NCBI GenBank assembly: GCA_028534125.1
Contig: CM052816.1
Span: 17,486,001-17,550,000, forward strand
Length of the DNA stretch: 64,000 nucleotides
Direction: 5' to 3'
Source: Lama glama
Taxonomy: Eukaryota
Shown: piece by piece, positions 1-11,979 of the stretch
How positions within the stretch are numbered: position 1 is the first letter of the stretch
Layout of the letters: every line of letters begins with the position of its first letter
The notes under the pieces: generated by a model
What the model was told of the DNA's origin: nothing
Databases searched by the model: none
The model's input: the letters and a program-made list of their open reading frames with translations, nothing else
Program-made: the position numbers and the translations under genes

Positions 1-464
1 TCCATAGCCATGTTGTTAAGGGATAATTGGGTAGTTTCCACTTGTTTCTGTGCTCATTGGACATGCCGATTCCTCTGTGGCTTTGGGGGCTTGGTTGGTT
101 GGTGTCCAGTCCTTTCATCAGGCCAAGGCATCACTTCCTTCTGAGCCAGATAGCCTTGCTGTGACTCTGGACCTAGTCTGTTACCTTTGACCTGCCATCT
201 TGAATGAGGCCCATGTCACTTCTGGTGAATGAGAGAGTAGAAATGCGGTCCGTGGTAGAGCTAAAATAGTGCTGTCTTTACTGGTGCTAAAAGTGTGATT
301 TTTATGACGGGGTTGGTGGTTTAAAACTTTTCCTACCTAGGAAAGACCTTTGCATATGTTTTAAAAAATGTTTTCTTTTGTTTGTTTCCATGTTCATCCT
401 GAACCTAGATCCTCACCTTTCTAATAGGCAGATGCTGGTACACAGATTCAGTAGTTTTGTTTGT

Positions 465-595
465 TCATGTGTTCATACATTCATACCGCAGATACTCACT
501 GGCCAGGCTGCTATGCACCAGGCACTGTGCTGGGCACTTAGGATGTAACAGAGAGCGCAACAGCTTTTACTCCTTTTCTCTGGAGTCTACAGTCT
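465..595 (-). mobile_element. L2 LINE 3' end fragment
   Basis: 'cattcat...tatgcaccaggcactgtgctgggcacttaggat...tggagtctacagtct' resembles the reverse complement of the L2 3' terminus. Confidence 0.6.
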
Positions 596-1169
596 TCTTG
601 TCTGAGACCAAATGAAGAAAAGAGGTGCTTGGTGGTCAGGGAAACCTGTTAGGGGTTATTCTACAAAGGGATAGGCCTGGTCTACAAAAGGACCAGAGTG
701 ATCCTATCAAGCTGGATGTCCGGAGGCCTTGGAACCTGGGCAGTGTCTTGGGGGAAAAGTCACATAAAATCTTCATCTCTGAATGTGTTCTGTGGTCAAA
801 CTTCTTCAGCTTAATTCAACTCTTGCTGACCTACATGAGTGGTCCTTGCTATTTTGCCTGAGTTTAGGACCCACACACTGGCAACAGAAGGGTGCTGGTC
901 TGTACGATCGAGGTGGAGCATTTAGCTGAGACAGGACTTGATGTGTATGCATGCTGAAGTGCAGTGAGTCGAGCCTTGTCAGGGCTTCAGGTCAAGGCCT
1001 GTAGCAAGTGTAGAGAGAATCACAGAAGAGCCCCTGTGCTCAGCAGTGCTGGATAGGCAGGGAGTATGTTTCGTTGGAGTGGAACATGTACAGAGCAAGG
1101 GTGCCAGTCATGAGTGTGCCACCTGATGTTCACAAAGTGAATGCAACATAAGACCAGTAGCCAGGTCAG

Positions 1170-1600
1170 GGGACAGAATGGTATCAGCATCTGAGAAGTC
1201 CGCCTTGTGCCCCTTGCACTCACTGCCTGTCCCCCTCCCAGGGAAGACTCTCTTGACTTCTAACGCTCTAGGTTAGTTTTGCCCTGTTTTCATGCTTTTA
1301 TAAATGGAATCATAAGGATGTATTTTTTGGTGTGTCTGGCTTCTTTTGCTTGGCACTGAATTGTGATGCATTGTTGTGTGTGGCTGTAGTTTGTTCATTC
1401 TCATCGCTGTGTAAATATTCCACAAGTTACCTGTTCTTTTGTGGAGGGACTCTCGGGTGGTTTCTGGGTTTTGGCTACTGCATAATAGCACTTCCTTGGG
1501 CCAATCTTTTGGTGAACCTACATATATGCTTTTTAAGGTGTATACATACATACCCGTGGAATCCATTGGTCATAAGATAGGTGAATGTTCAGCTTTCAGA
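1170..1600 (-). mobile_element. Old L1 (L1ME-like) 3' fragment
   Basis: 'ttagttttgccctgttttcatgcttttataaatggaatcata...gtgtctggcttcttttgc' is typical antisense L1M 3' sequence. Confidence 0.7.
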
Positions 1601-1845
1601 GGTGTGGTTAAATTGTATGGAAGTTCACTGGGAGCAACATTTTTGTTTTGCTGATGGAGAAATAAAAAAAAAAGGCTACAGTCTAACTCATAATCCAATT
1701 CAACCAAAATGTATTGAGCATCTGTTACATGTCAGGTACCCTTATGGAGCCTGTGTTCTAGTTGAGAGAAAAAAACAACACACAGGTAAAGATAAAAACC
1801 ATTGGTTGTAGGTGCTAATGACAAAAATAAACTATGGTGACTCAA

Positions 1846-3870
1846 TTTGGAAAAATAGTCTCTTGGATAAGTAGTGTTGGGAAAACTGGATATTCACATG
1901 CAAAAAATGAAATTGGACCCCTATCTTACACCATTCACAAAAATTAATGGATCAAGGAGTTAAACATAAGACCTGAAACCGTAAAACTCCTAGAAGAAAA
2001 CATAGGGAAAAACTCCTTGGCATTGGTCTCAGCAGTGATTTTTTTTTTTGGAACATAACACCAAAAACATAAGCAACAGAAGCAAAAATCAACAAATGGG
2101 AAAATCAATATCAAACTAAAAAGCTTCCATATATCAAAAGAAACCATCAACAAAATGAAAAGGCAACCTATGGAATGGGAGAAAATATTTATAAACAGTG
2201 TATCCAATAAGGAGTTAATATTCAGAATATATAAGGAACTCATACAACTCAATAGCAAAAAAAAAAAAAATCCAATTAAAAATGGGGAAAGGACCTGAAC
2301 AGACATTTTTCCAAAAAAGATATACAGATGGCCAACAGGTACATGAAAAGATGTTCAACATCACTAATCATCAGGGAAGTGTAAATCAAAACCATGATGA
2401 GATTTCATCTCACACCTGTGAGAATGGCTGTCATCAAAAAGACAAGTGATAACAAGTACTGGCAAGGATGTGGAGAAAAGGGAGCCCTGGTACAGTGTTG
2501 GTGGGAATGTAAATTTGTACAGCCACTATGGAAAACATGAAGTGTGAAGGTTCCTCATAAAATTAAAAGTTGAATTACCACATGATCCAGCATTCCCACT
2601 TATTTTTTAAAAATATAGTTTTATTGAGGTATAATCAGTTTCCAATGTGTCAATTTCTGGTGTACAGCACAATAGTTCAGTCATATAGGAACATAAATTC
2701 ATTTTCATATTCTTTTTCACCATAAGTTACTACAAGATATTGAATATGGTTCCCTGTGCTGTACAATATGAACTTGTTGTTTATCTATTTTATATATATT
2801 AGTATCTGCAAATCTCAATCTCCTAATTTATCCCTTCCCATCCCCTTCCCTCTCTGGTAACCGTAAGTTTGTTTTTCTGCCTGTGAGTCTGTTTCTGTTT
2901 TGTAAGTTCATTTACCTTTTTTTTTTTTTAAAGATTCCACATAAAAGTGATACCATATGGTATTTTTTTTTCTCTTTCTGGCTTGCTTCACTTAGAATGA
3001 CATTCTCCAGGTCCATCCATGTTGCTGAAAATGGCATTATTTTATTTTTTATTGCTGAGTAGTATTCTGTTGTATAGATATACCATAACTTTTTTATCTA
3101 GTCATTTGTTGATGGACATTTGGGTTGTTTCCATGTCTTGGCTGTTATAAATAGTGCTGCTGTGAACATTGCGGTGCATGTATCTTTTTGAATTAAGATT
3201 CCCTCTGAATATATGCACAGGAGTGGGATCAGCAATCCCACTTGTGAGTGTATATATGGAGGAGTGGAATTACTGTCTTGAAGAGATAACTGCACCTCTG
3301 TGTTCATTGCAGCATTATGCACAATCACCAACGTATGGAAACAACCTAAGTGCCCATAAACAGATGAATGGATAAAGAAAATGTGATATATGTACAAAAT
3401 GAAATATTATTCCACCATGAAAAAGAAGGAAATCCTACCATTCGTGACAGAATGGATGAGCCTTGAGGGCATTATGCTAAGTGAAATAAGTCGGAGAAAG
3501 ACAAATACTGTTATGATATTATTTATGTGGAGTCTAAAAAAGCCAAACTCAGAAACAGAGGATAGAGTGCTGTTTGCCCGGGGGTGGAGGCAATAAGGAG
3601 ATGTTGGTCAAAGGGTACAGATTTCCAATTACAGTTAAGTTCTGAGGGTCTAATGTGTATCATGGTGACTATAGTTAAAAATAAGTGTTGTATACTTGAA
3701 ACTTGCTAAGAGAGTAGATCTTAAATGTTCTCACCATAATAACCACATCAAAGTAGTAATTATGTGAGGTGATGGGTGTGTTAACCAACCTTATTGTGGT
3801 AATCATTTCAAAAATGTCTGTGTGTAAAATCATCACTTTGTGTACCTTACACAATGATATTTTGTAACAT
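1846..3870 (+). mobile_element. L1 (L1MA9/10-like), 5'-truncated, ORF2 3' part plus 3' UTR; split by a nested L1 at 2602-3229
   Basis: 'gggaaaactggatattcacatgcaaaaaatgaaattggacccctatcttacacc' and 'aaaactcctagaagaaaacataggg' are ORF2 hallmarks; 3' UTR 'gagagtagatcttaaatgttctcacc'; sequence resumes colinearly at 3230. Confidence 0.9.
2602..3229 (-). mobile_element. Younger cetartiodactyl-type L1 3' end (628 bp) nested antisense in the older L1
   Basis: TSD cagcattcccactt (2588-2601) / cagcaatcccactt (3230-3243), one mismatch; minus-strand ORF2 C-terminal peptide QKDTCTAMFTAALFITAKTWKQPKCPS. Confidence 0.92.
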
Positions 3871-4179
3871 TGCGGAGTAAATTAGCCTAAAGGTAGTATG
3901 GAGGGGAGGTATTTATGCTCTAGCTGTGGGTTTACCATGGTTCTTTTGACTTTAAATTGTTCTTTTTCCAATTTAAAGAAATAGACAATTTGGAAAGGGT
4001 TTATAAAATATTAAAGAAGAGAAATAATTTACTTTCCTCCTATATGCAATCACTGTTAAATTTGCGGGGGAGGGGGTGCGATCTGTTTGCTTCCTGAAAG
4101 CTTCCTAATGTTTTTCTTTTAATGGTTGATAACATGGTGTTAATAGGATTTGGTGTTGTCTCTGTTTCTCCCTCTTTTT

Positions 4180-4550
4180 TCTTTTCATTTAATGACACAG
4201 CATAAACATTGTAGTATAGTATGATGCTGTTCTTTGTAAATGACATTTTAATAGTGTATATTGGTATATGTATATACTGCAATATATCAAACTAAAATAT
4301 CTGACAGCAGACAATTGGTTGTTTCTATTTTTCCTTAATCTAAATAATGGCATGATGAGTATTTTGGGCATATGAGCCTTTCAACAGTTAGAATTATTTC
4401 CTTACAGTATATTCCCAGAAGTAGAAATATGTGGTGTACTGGCATGTGCATTTTAAAGGCCACTGATGTATGTTACCAAGTTCTGTTGATTCTACCTCCC
4501 AAATTATAGAATATGTATTTGATTGCCCCCTTGCCAGCATTGGCTACTAG
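4180..4550 (-). mobile_element. Highly diverged L1ME fragment
   Basis: 'attatttccttacagtatattcccagaagtagaaat' resembles antisense L1M. Confidence 0.5.
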
Positions 4551-5265
4551 TGATTTTTTTTTAGTAAAGAAGAATGTGATGAAATCTTGGCATGCCAAGA
4601 TAGGTACAAGTGCTGAGTCACTGCAGGTAAGATGATGCATCCGAGAGTCCTAGGTGAGGGGGATGTTCCTCTGATCCCTCCTGATTTTGTCAGAGAACAA
4701 GGTATGAGAGGTCAGCAGTTCGCCCAGAGTTGGGGAGCAGGAGCTGTTGCCCAGTCTCCTATTTGAACCTGGCCTGTAAATGCATCGCAGAGCCTGTCCT
4801 CTGAGGAGCACTTTGAACTAGTTGTGGGGATACTGGAGAATCCCAGCCTCGTTCATAATTAGGAGCAGGAGCAGTTGCTTCGAGCCAGATTTCAAGTGAA
4901 ATTGCTGCTGATGGATCCCCTGCTACTGGTACTACGTATAGATGCTTTAATGCCCTTGTGGTGGAGAAGGGTGAGAGGAGATCATTAAAAACCAAGTCCA
5001 TCCCCACCACGGTGGTAAAGTGGTTTCTCCTGCTGAATACAGACAAGGCCTGGACCCACATCTCAGTCTTCATTTGTGTTCAAGACATCTGCCTGATTTT
5101 CATTACCCAATATTTCCTCCCACCGCAGGCCTGTCTGGTGCATTCACCTCAGGGGAGGCAGGGAGAAGGGTTGCCCCTGACTGCTGTCTCTGCATCATGC
5201 TGGAGACTGGAAGCATGCATTCCCTGCGTCTGTCAGCTCTTGGGGAGCTGTCTGCAGGCTGAGAG

Positions 5266-5468
5266 CAGTGATTACCTGCTAGGGAAGGGTTTGCCCCCAG
5301 GGAACATTTGGCAGTGGACGGAGACATTTCTTGATGGCCCCAACCAGAGGGAGCAGGAGGGTTGGTGCTACTGATATCTAGTGAATAGATGCTGATAAAC
5401 ATCCTACCATGCACAGGACCCCACCCCCACCCCCTAAATGTCAGTAGTGCCAAGGTTGAGAAATGCTG
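5266..5468 (+). mobile_element. MER20 (hAT-Charlie non-autonomous DNA transposon)
   Basis: cagtg...ctg termini; 'ttgcccccagggaacatttggcag', 'aaatgtcagtagtgccaaggttgagaaatgctg'. Confidence 0.85.
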
Positions 5469-5571
5469 GCCTGAAGATATGGTTGCTCTGATGATGATGA
5501 TGATTTTTTAATGTGAGGTGTAGTCCAGGTGGATGTGGCTGAGGGGGCGGGGCACATGGGGAGTCATTCTT

Positions 5572-5682
5572 CCCATCATTGATTTAAGAGATCGATGTGC
5601 CAGCTGCTCTCCTAGGCTCTGGGACACAGCCACAAACACCACAGACAAAATTCTCTGCCCTAGTGGAACTTACCTTCTGGGT
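5572..5682 (-). mobile_element. L2 3' fragment
   Basis: 'atgtgccag...ctaggctctgggacacagc...ctctgccctagtggaacttaccttct'. Confidence 0.6.
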
Positions 5683-7354
5683 CACGAGATACTTGACTTT
5701 GCCACAGAGTTAAGAGGAGGGAGGATGAATAAGACACATACATTATTTTTTATATCTTGAGCAGGTCTGATGCATTATTGCAGACAGGTAAATGAAGACC
5801 ATATGATTTTTATTATTTTTGTGCCAAGGTAAATGGTCACAGGGAGTTTTGGTGTGAGATGTTGTATATTTACCTGTGAGTCACAGTAAATTGCCTGCAC
5901 TGTGAATCAGAGAGACTGATTTTGTCTCCCTGAGGAACAGGAAAATGCAGCACAAAAATATTTCTGTTCCCCCAAAGAACTGACTATCTCCAGATGGATG
6001 GGCTGGTGACTTGCCCTGGAATCTTGTTTTGCTGCACATCTTGGGTTGTAGCCGTTATTTCCAACAAGATAATCCTTATTCACAACTCACTACTTTCTCA
6101 TATGTTGCACAGCCAATTTTAACAACCCACTCCTCTGAGTTCTGTAGCAGTGACAGCCCCAGTCTCACAGCTCAATACTGGAGAACGTCTTCCTCACACC
6201 GGGTTCTTGTTTGATCTGTTGGCGGCGCACCTGGATTGTGAGCTTCTGTTTTTCAGGACCGTGGCTCATGCACATCCTCTCTGAGGCTGCTGGACGTTCA
6301 TCACACATTTGAGGATGTACTAGGAGGCCTTTTCTCTCTCCCTGTGTAATTGCAGCACTTGGGGACAGAAAAGGGGATCCAGCGCGTAAGGAAGCGATCA
6401 AGCTCACTCAGCCTCCCAGAGAATATCTGGTCAGCCTTTACTCCTGGTTCAAGAGTCTGCGGTGAGCCCATTTGCTGGCAGAGATGAGGAGAGTAATGTG
6501 TCTCACCTACTTGGATTTTTCCATAGCATCTTTTCATGGATGTGAAGCCTTAGGTCAGGATGACAGGTGTACCATGTGCCCTGTCCCACTGGACATTTCC
6601 ATTATGTCCCCTTTCCCCGTTAAAGAGTGCCTTTTCTCCTTTATTCTTCTTCCCTCCTCAAGGGCCACCAATCACTGTCCTTTCCATCCATCGTGAGTGG
6701 CTCTCTCTGCCCTGCCAGGTCTCGCCCCTGGGGAAGGTTGAATGTCTTAGGCACTGGTAGGAGTGTGGAGAGAAGGGCTTCTTTTTGGTCTCGTCTGAAA
6801 GACCCTTTCCACTTTGACGATTAACATCCTGCCAACATAACTCCTGTGTGATGCTAAGCTGAAAGTGGACAATTCTCTTTTCTAGCCTTGAGTTAGTGTC
6901 AGAAGGCCCCCTGAGTTCATGGGCGTACTTTCAGGGGCAAGGAGCAAAGAGAAGAAAATGCATGTTGCCATACCTCTGCTCCCCTTTCCACAACCCAGGA
7001 GGACCCCTGTCTTTGTGGCATTTATTCAGACCTGTAGCTGACTTGGCCACTCTGTTACTAGTTGTCTCATGTGGCACCTTGACCCCCAAACTAATCTCCT
7101 GCAGTAACTTTAGATAATTTTCTTCACTCATAGTTTTTAAGTCTCACACCCTCTCCTCTCCTCTCCTCTCAACAGAGTAAGTATTTGTGTGAGATGTTTT
7201 CATAGCCGTAAAACTGACCTGCAGAATAACAGAGATGCTGACAAGTGGGCAAGAGACTCAGCTTGGGAAATAGGGGTGGGGGAGCAGGTAAGAATCATTT
7301 CCCTCTCATTATTTTGGTCAAGTGAATTTTTGAGCTTGAGAGAGACTAGATGAT

Positions 7355-7640
7355 CTTAATTATTGAATACCTGTGTGCTAGGTGTGGTGCCAGGCTCAGC
7401 AATGTGGAAATTCAGTACAAAATCATGGCCCTAAGGAGCTGATGTTCTGCTTGGATAAACAGAAGAATAGACGATCCTAACAGAGGTGATGTGAGTTAAC
7501 GCACAGGATACTGGGGGAACCCCAGCGAGGTCATCTGGTCTCATGGAAAGGTCTGGGAGGCTTGTGGGAGAAGGACGCCTTTTCTGAATCGTGCTGTGCC
7601 TTTTGGGGAAGGTTAGATAAAGAGGGAAAGAAGGATGTTA
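7355..7640 (-). mobile_element. L2 fragment
   Basis: 'ttattgaatacctgtgtgctaggtgtggtgccagg...ggccctaaggagctgatgttct'. Confidence 0.55.
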
Positions 7641-8307
7641 TGAGCAGAGAAGTTTCTGCAGAAGCATCTGTCACCCAAATACATCCCAGGGCCCCACACA
7701 ATCAAGGTTTTGTTCAAAGTCCCATTTACAGATACACAGTCCAGCAGCCAAAGGATTTCAGGAAGAATTCTAGTCTTTCTACCTTGGAAAGCATGCGAGA
7801 GAAGACCTAGTTCATAACCCACAACAGCAGTTCTCAAAAGCTCTGTTCTCTGTATTCTCCTGGTCCCTCTGCTACTCAGGAGTCCTTTTACATGACAGCC
7901 TCATAAAGCCCTTCCCCTTCTCTCCTTCCTCTTCCTCCGGCTACTTATCATGTAGCCGGACCTCGCCTCTCCTGGCTGAACACGGGGAGTGGAGAGTTGG
8001 GGAACCTTTCCACGGTAGTGGGTCTCTTCCCTGTGACACCTGTGACCCACACTTTGGCTGTTCGGTGCACACCCTTCTCAGTAGCAGTAGTTGGGCTCTC
8101 AGCTACTTCTCTTAGATGCAGTATTTCCAGATACCCTAATCCTCTCTCCCTACAGGGGGTACCTTCTTTGCAGGGAAAGACAACTCTATTGCTCAAAGAA
8201 GCAGGAAGGCCACATAATTGGATTAGAATACTATGGCTGGTAGGGCCAGTTAGAGTTGATTGTCTTGGGGCAGTATTGGTTGTCTTTTTCGGATTAGTTC
8301 AGTAATA

Positions 8308-8340
8308 TGTGTGTGTGTGTGTGTGTGTTTGTGTTTGTGT
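8308..8340. repeat. (TG)10 microsatellite with degenerate tail
   Basis: read directly. Confidence 0.95.
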
Positions 8341-8810
8341 TTTAAGGAAACATGAACAGCTGTGGCTGTCTGAGACCAGTCATAAACAAATGTCCCTGTT
8401 TACCAAATATGTATGGGCAACTGGCTTATTGAGGAACTTCAGTTTGGGAAATAAACATGTGACAATTTTGTTTATTTTTAATTGCTGCTTTCCCTTTATA
8501 ACATCCTGGGCACATTCCATAGTTTTCCATCATTTTTAGCTTTGAAACTAAGGCAAGTTGAGTTGAAAACTTCCGTCTCCTAACAGACTGAAAGTTTTCT
8601 TTTTCTTTTAGACTGCATAGTCTAGGCTTGAGGCTTGAGGCGTTGGTGTGGTGATGACTGCATGATTGTTTGTTCACTTCTTTTCCTCGCAGGGTTGGCC
8701 TCAAGGTGGGGTCTCTGGAGGGCCAGGCAGGGGACCTGCCTACTACATAATTCCTTGATGGGGTAGTTTGACTCCAGATCAGCCTCTTCCTTCCTATCCA
8801 TTTTTGAAAA

Positions 8811-9165
8811 ATTAGCCAGGATAGGCTAGGTTATGCTGTAGTAACAAATAACTCCAAAAATCATATTTATGGCTTACAATCAAGGGCTTATTTCTCCCTC
8901 ATGATGACACACATTTCTTGTGGGTTGGTGGAGCTCTGATCTGTGTTGTCCACAGGATGGCAGGATGATATAGACTGCCAACTCCATGTGTTCACAATCA
9001 CTGTGGCAGGAGGAAGTGTATGCTGTGGGGCTTTGCTTTAGCAACTCAGTGCCTCTTGTTAAATGAGGCATTCTTGTGACTCCACATCAATGGGGTAGTT
9101 AAGAGTAATCCTACCAAGTACCTGGAAGGAGGGGAAGTCACATGTTTGGCCAATGACCTTACCAT
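8811..9165 (-). mobile_element. MaLR LTR (MLT1I/J-like)
   Basis: 'gggataggctaggttatgctgtagtaacaaataactcc...ggcttacaatcaagggcttatttctccctcatg' is an antisense MLT1 3' end. Confidence 0.75.
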
Positions 9166-10277
9166 TCCAGGATAATCCTCTCTGAGATGTCTGTCCCACA
9201 GCCTTATGCTAATAAGGTCCTCTCACCTGGTAGGTGGTTCCCATGGAGGGATACACAGGATGGCTCCAGCTGAGCTGCCTTCTATGTTCTTTTATTCCCT
9301 AAGCTCTCATCTCCTTGTTCTACTAAATAATATGGACAGATGCTTCCCCAGTGCTGCCTGTTCTCTGTTTGGCCAGTCCTCTTGAATTCTCTTTCTCCCG
9401 ATTAATTAGTCACAGGACGATGGGCAAGCCCATTGTTTGGGAAGATTTCTAACTGGGGAAACAAATCTTCCCCCAGTTTTTAACTGTGCTCCTCTAATAC
9501 CCCCTTAAATTGCACTTGAAATGGGAAGTAAACCTCATTGGGGGAACATGGTGAACATTTCATGTTCCAAAAGACTGATGACCACCTTCTTCCCACTCTG
9601 GTCCTCTACTTGTACAGGCTGGGGAGCAGGCGAGGGCCAGAGCTGGGTGATGGTGGGATCAGTTCTGTCCCCTTTAGGAAGCCCTCTAGGTACGAATCAT
9701 TCCTCAACATCTGGAAGCTTGTTGCCTGACACTTTCTTTATTGGTAGAATATGTAGGAATTTGGTGCTCAACTCTGATCATAGTCATATTTGGAGGGCAA
9801 CATAAGACCCACTCAAACAACACACTCCTGATATAAGGGGCCTGCCCCTCAGCTTGGCAAAAAGTCTTACTAATATATTTACTTACTAATTTTAACAGTC
9901 TCTAGACTTGCAACCTAGCTTACGTTGGTTAACACTGAAATCTTTGCTGAATGCAGTTGTCTTTTTCTGTTCAAATTAAGTAGGGGCATGGGAGAGAGTT
10001 AGTTTAATTTCTTAAAACAAACATTTTATTGGGTCATTTAGTTCATGTTCCGTTTAAAGTAAAAGCAGTCATTATTTCAGATCTGATGTCTCTGATATAT
10101 GTAGGACTTGGGTTTGATTTTTTTTTTTAAACCAGTAATTTCTTCCTTTTTTGAGATACCAATGCCAGTCTTATGTCCTGGAGACTGAGTGTAGGTACAG
10201 GTGACTGTCTCAAGCCCTCATGTTTGGTTTCAGATCTGTTGGTGGATGACTCTAGCTCACTAATCCTTGCTCTAGGA

Positions 10278-10765
10278 TTAATATTTATTGAGACTTAGTA
10301 TGTGCCAGGTGCTTTTCTGAGGTAGTCCTGTCACCATGTTGCTTTGTGTTTATCTGTCCTCTTCCTGCACATGTGTACGCCCACACGAACTAAGCTTCTC
10401 TACCAAGTACTTCGCACGTAGCTTGTTTCATCTTCACCACTCTCCTTCAGAATCCCTGAGAGCCTGAGGCTCAGAATGGTTAAGACACTTGCCAAACAGT
10501 GGAGCTAAAGGGCAAAAGGGGAGCTTCAAATCTGGGTTGGGCTCCAAACCTCCATTCTTTTTTTTTTTTTTTTTTGAATGAAGTATAGTTCGTTTACAAT
10601 GTTGTGTCAGTCTCTGGTGCACAGCATAATGTTTCAGTCATACATCTACATACATATATTCATTTTCATATTCTTTTTCACTACAGATTACTACAAAACA
10701 TTGAATGTAGTTCCCTGTGCTATTACACAGTAGAAACTTGTCCAAACCTCCATTCTTGAGCATGC
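10278..10765 (-). mobile_element. MIR SINE, interrupted by L1 at 10560-10740
   Basis: 'tatttattgagacttagtatgtgccagg' and core 'ctgaggctcagaatggttaagacacttgcc'. Confidence 0.7.
10560..10740 (-). mobile_element. Young, severely 5'-truncated L1 (181 bp), same family as 2602-3229
   Basis: perfect 17-bp TSD tccaaacctccattctt (10543-10559, 10741-10757); poly(T) tail; 'gaagtatagttcgtttacaatgttgtgtcag...gttccctgtgct'. Confidence 0.95.
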
Positions 10766-11369
10766 TGTGCTGCTGATGGAAAGAGGCCTCATTCTATTAA
10801 CTGGCTCGGCAGCCAGCAAGTTGACGGAAACTGGGACTTTTTCGACTTCATTACGTGAAGCCAAGCATCCCTCCTTCCAGAGTCACAAAGATATGCTGAT
10901 GTGTGGGGAGCTGCTTCTGTCAGCTTATTACAGGGGTCCTTGGCTTCAGGTGCTGCCTGAGCTGACATGTGGAGCTTAGCAAGGGGTTGACACGAGGCTA
11001 CATTTTCCCCCTCAAGTGTGATTGTCCCCTGGGGAGTTATAGGGGAAGCATTGTCATGGTCCAGTGGACGTTGACCTACTCTTGTGCAGAGCTGCTCTTA
11101 GGGGTTGTCAGCAGACTGACAGGTTTGTTTTGATATCCTAGCCGGTAGGTTGGTCCCCCTCCCTTTCCCTTTCCTGCAGGTTATACTGAGAAATGTTATA
11201 GGAGCCAGAGATGTGTGTTGGCAGTCCTCAAACTCTGAGTGATCTGCAAGTCTCTTTCCAACCTTGAAGTTGGTAGGAAAGGTGTCTGGTTTATACTTCT
11301 GAAGCTTTCTGCATAGGGCTTTTCCAGTCCTACTTACAAAAATAAATTCACTGCCTTAAAAAATTATAG

Positions 11370-11830
11370 TTAAAAAGTCTCATTTTTTGAGGAAATTAAA
11401 AAAAAATGAAAGGAAAAAGTGAAGTATCTGTATTCCTATCCCCTAAGATAGCTGTATTCCTTTATGCATTTGTATACCTACATGTGTACAATTTTAAAAG
11501 AAATGATGTAATGCATATGCTCTTTTCATTTCAAAATGCTCCGTAAACATCTTTGTATGTCATGGCATATACTCTGACCACATCTTCCTAATATTCCTTA
11601 GGGAAGATATTCCATAGTTTATTTAAATAAGCCTGTATTGTTTGTTTGTTTGTTTGTTTTTACACTTAGCCCCCCCCCCACTTTAACAATGTTGTGATGA
11701 ACATTTTTGGTGAGTAAATCTTTGTTCATTCTTATAATTATTTCCTTAGGACAGATTTTTAGAAAAAGAACTACTGAGTTGGCCAGGAGCACGAATATGC
11801 AAACATGTAAGACTTTCGACATGTTCTCTT
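11370..11830 (-). mobile_element. Diverged L1ME 3' fragments
   Basis: 'aatgttgtgatgaacatttttgg...attatttccttaggacagatttttagaaa'. Confidence 0.55.
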
Positions 11831-11979
11831 ACACGGCACACCTACTCACCCCCACTCAGCCTGGGAAGACCATGTTTTCCAGTACCGAGGACATATTGAC
11901 ACCTCCCCTTAAAAGTCCCTAAGTTTTCTCATTGACCTGTTCCTTCCACTTTCTAGATCTTTTTGTTTCTTTTCTAAAA

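Noticed and set aside
1944..3596. ORFs with L1 ORF2-like or antisense-L1 peptides
   Set aside because: Fragments of decayed, truncated L1s, not host genes
7150..7185. Pyrimidine tract followed by caacagagtaagt
   Set aside because: AG and GTAAGT are separated by one base, so not a recursive AG|GT site, and a 1-nt exon is implausible
11155..11277. Strong acceptor with downstream GTAGGA donor
   Set aside because: Stops in all frames, weak donor, no further support
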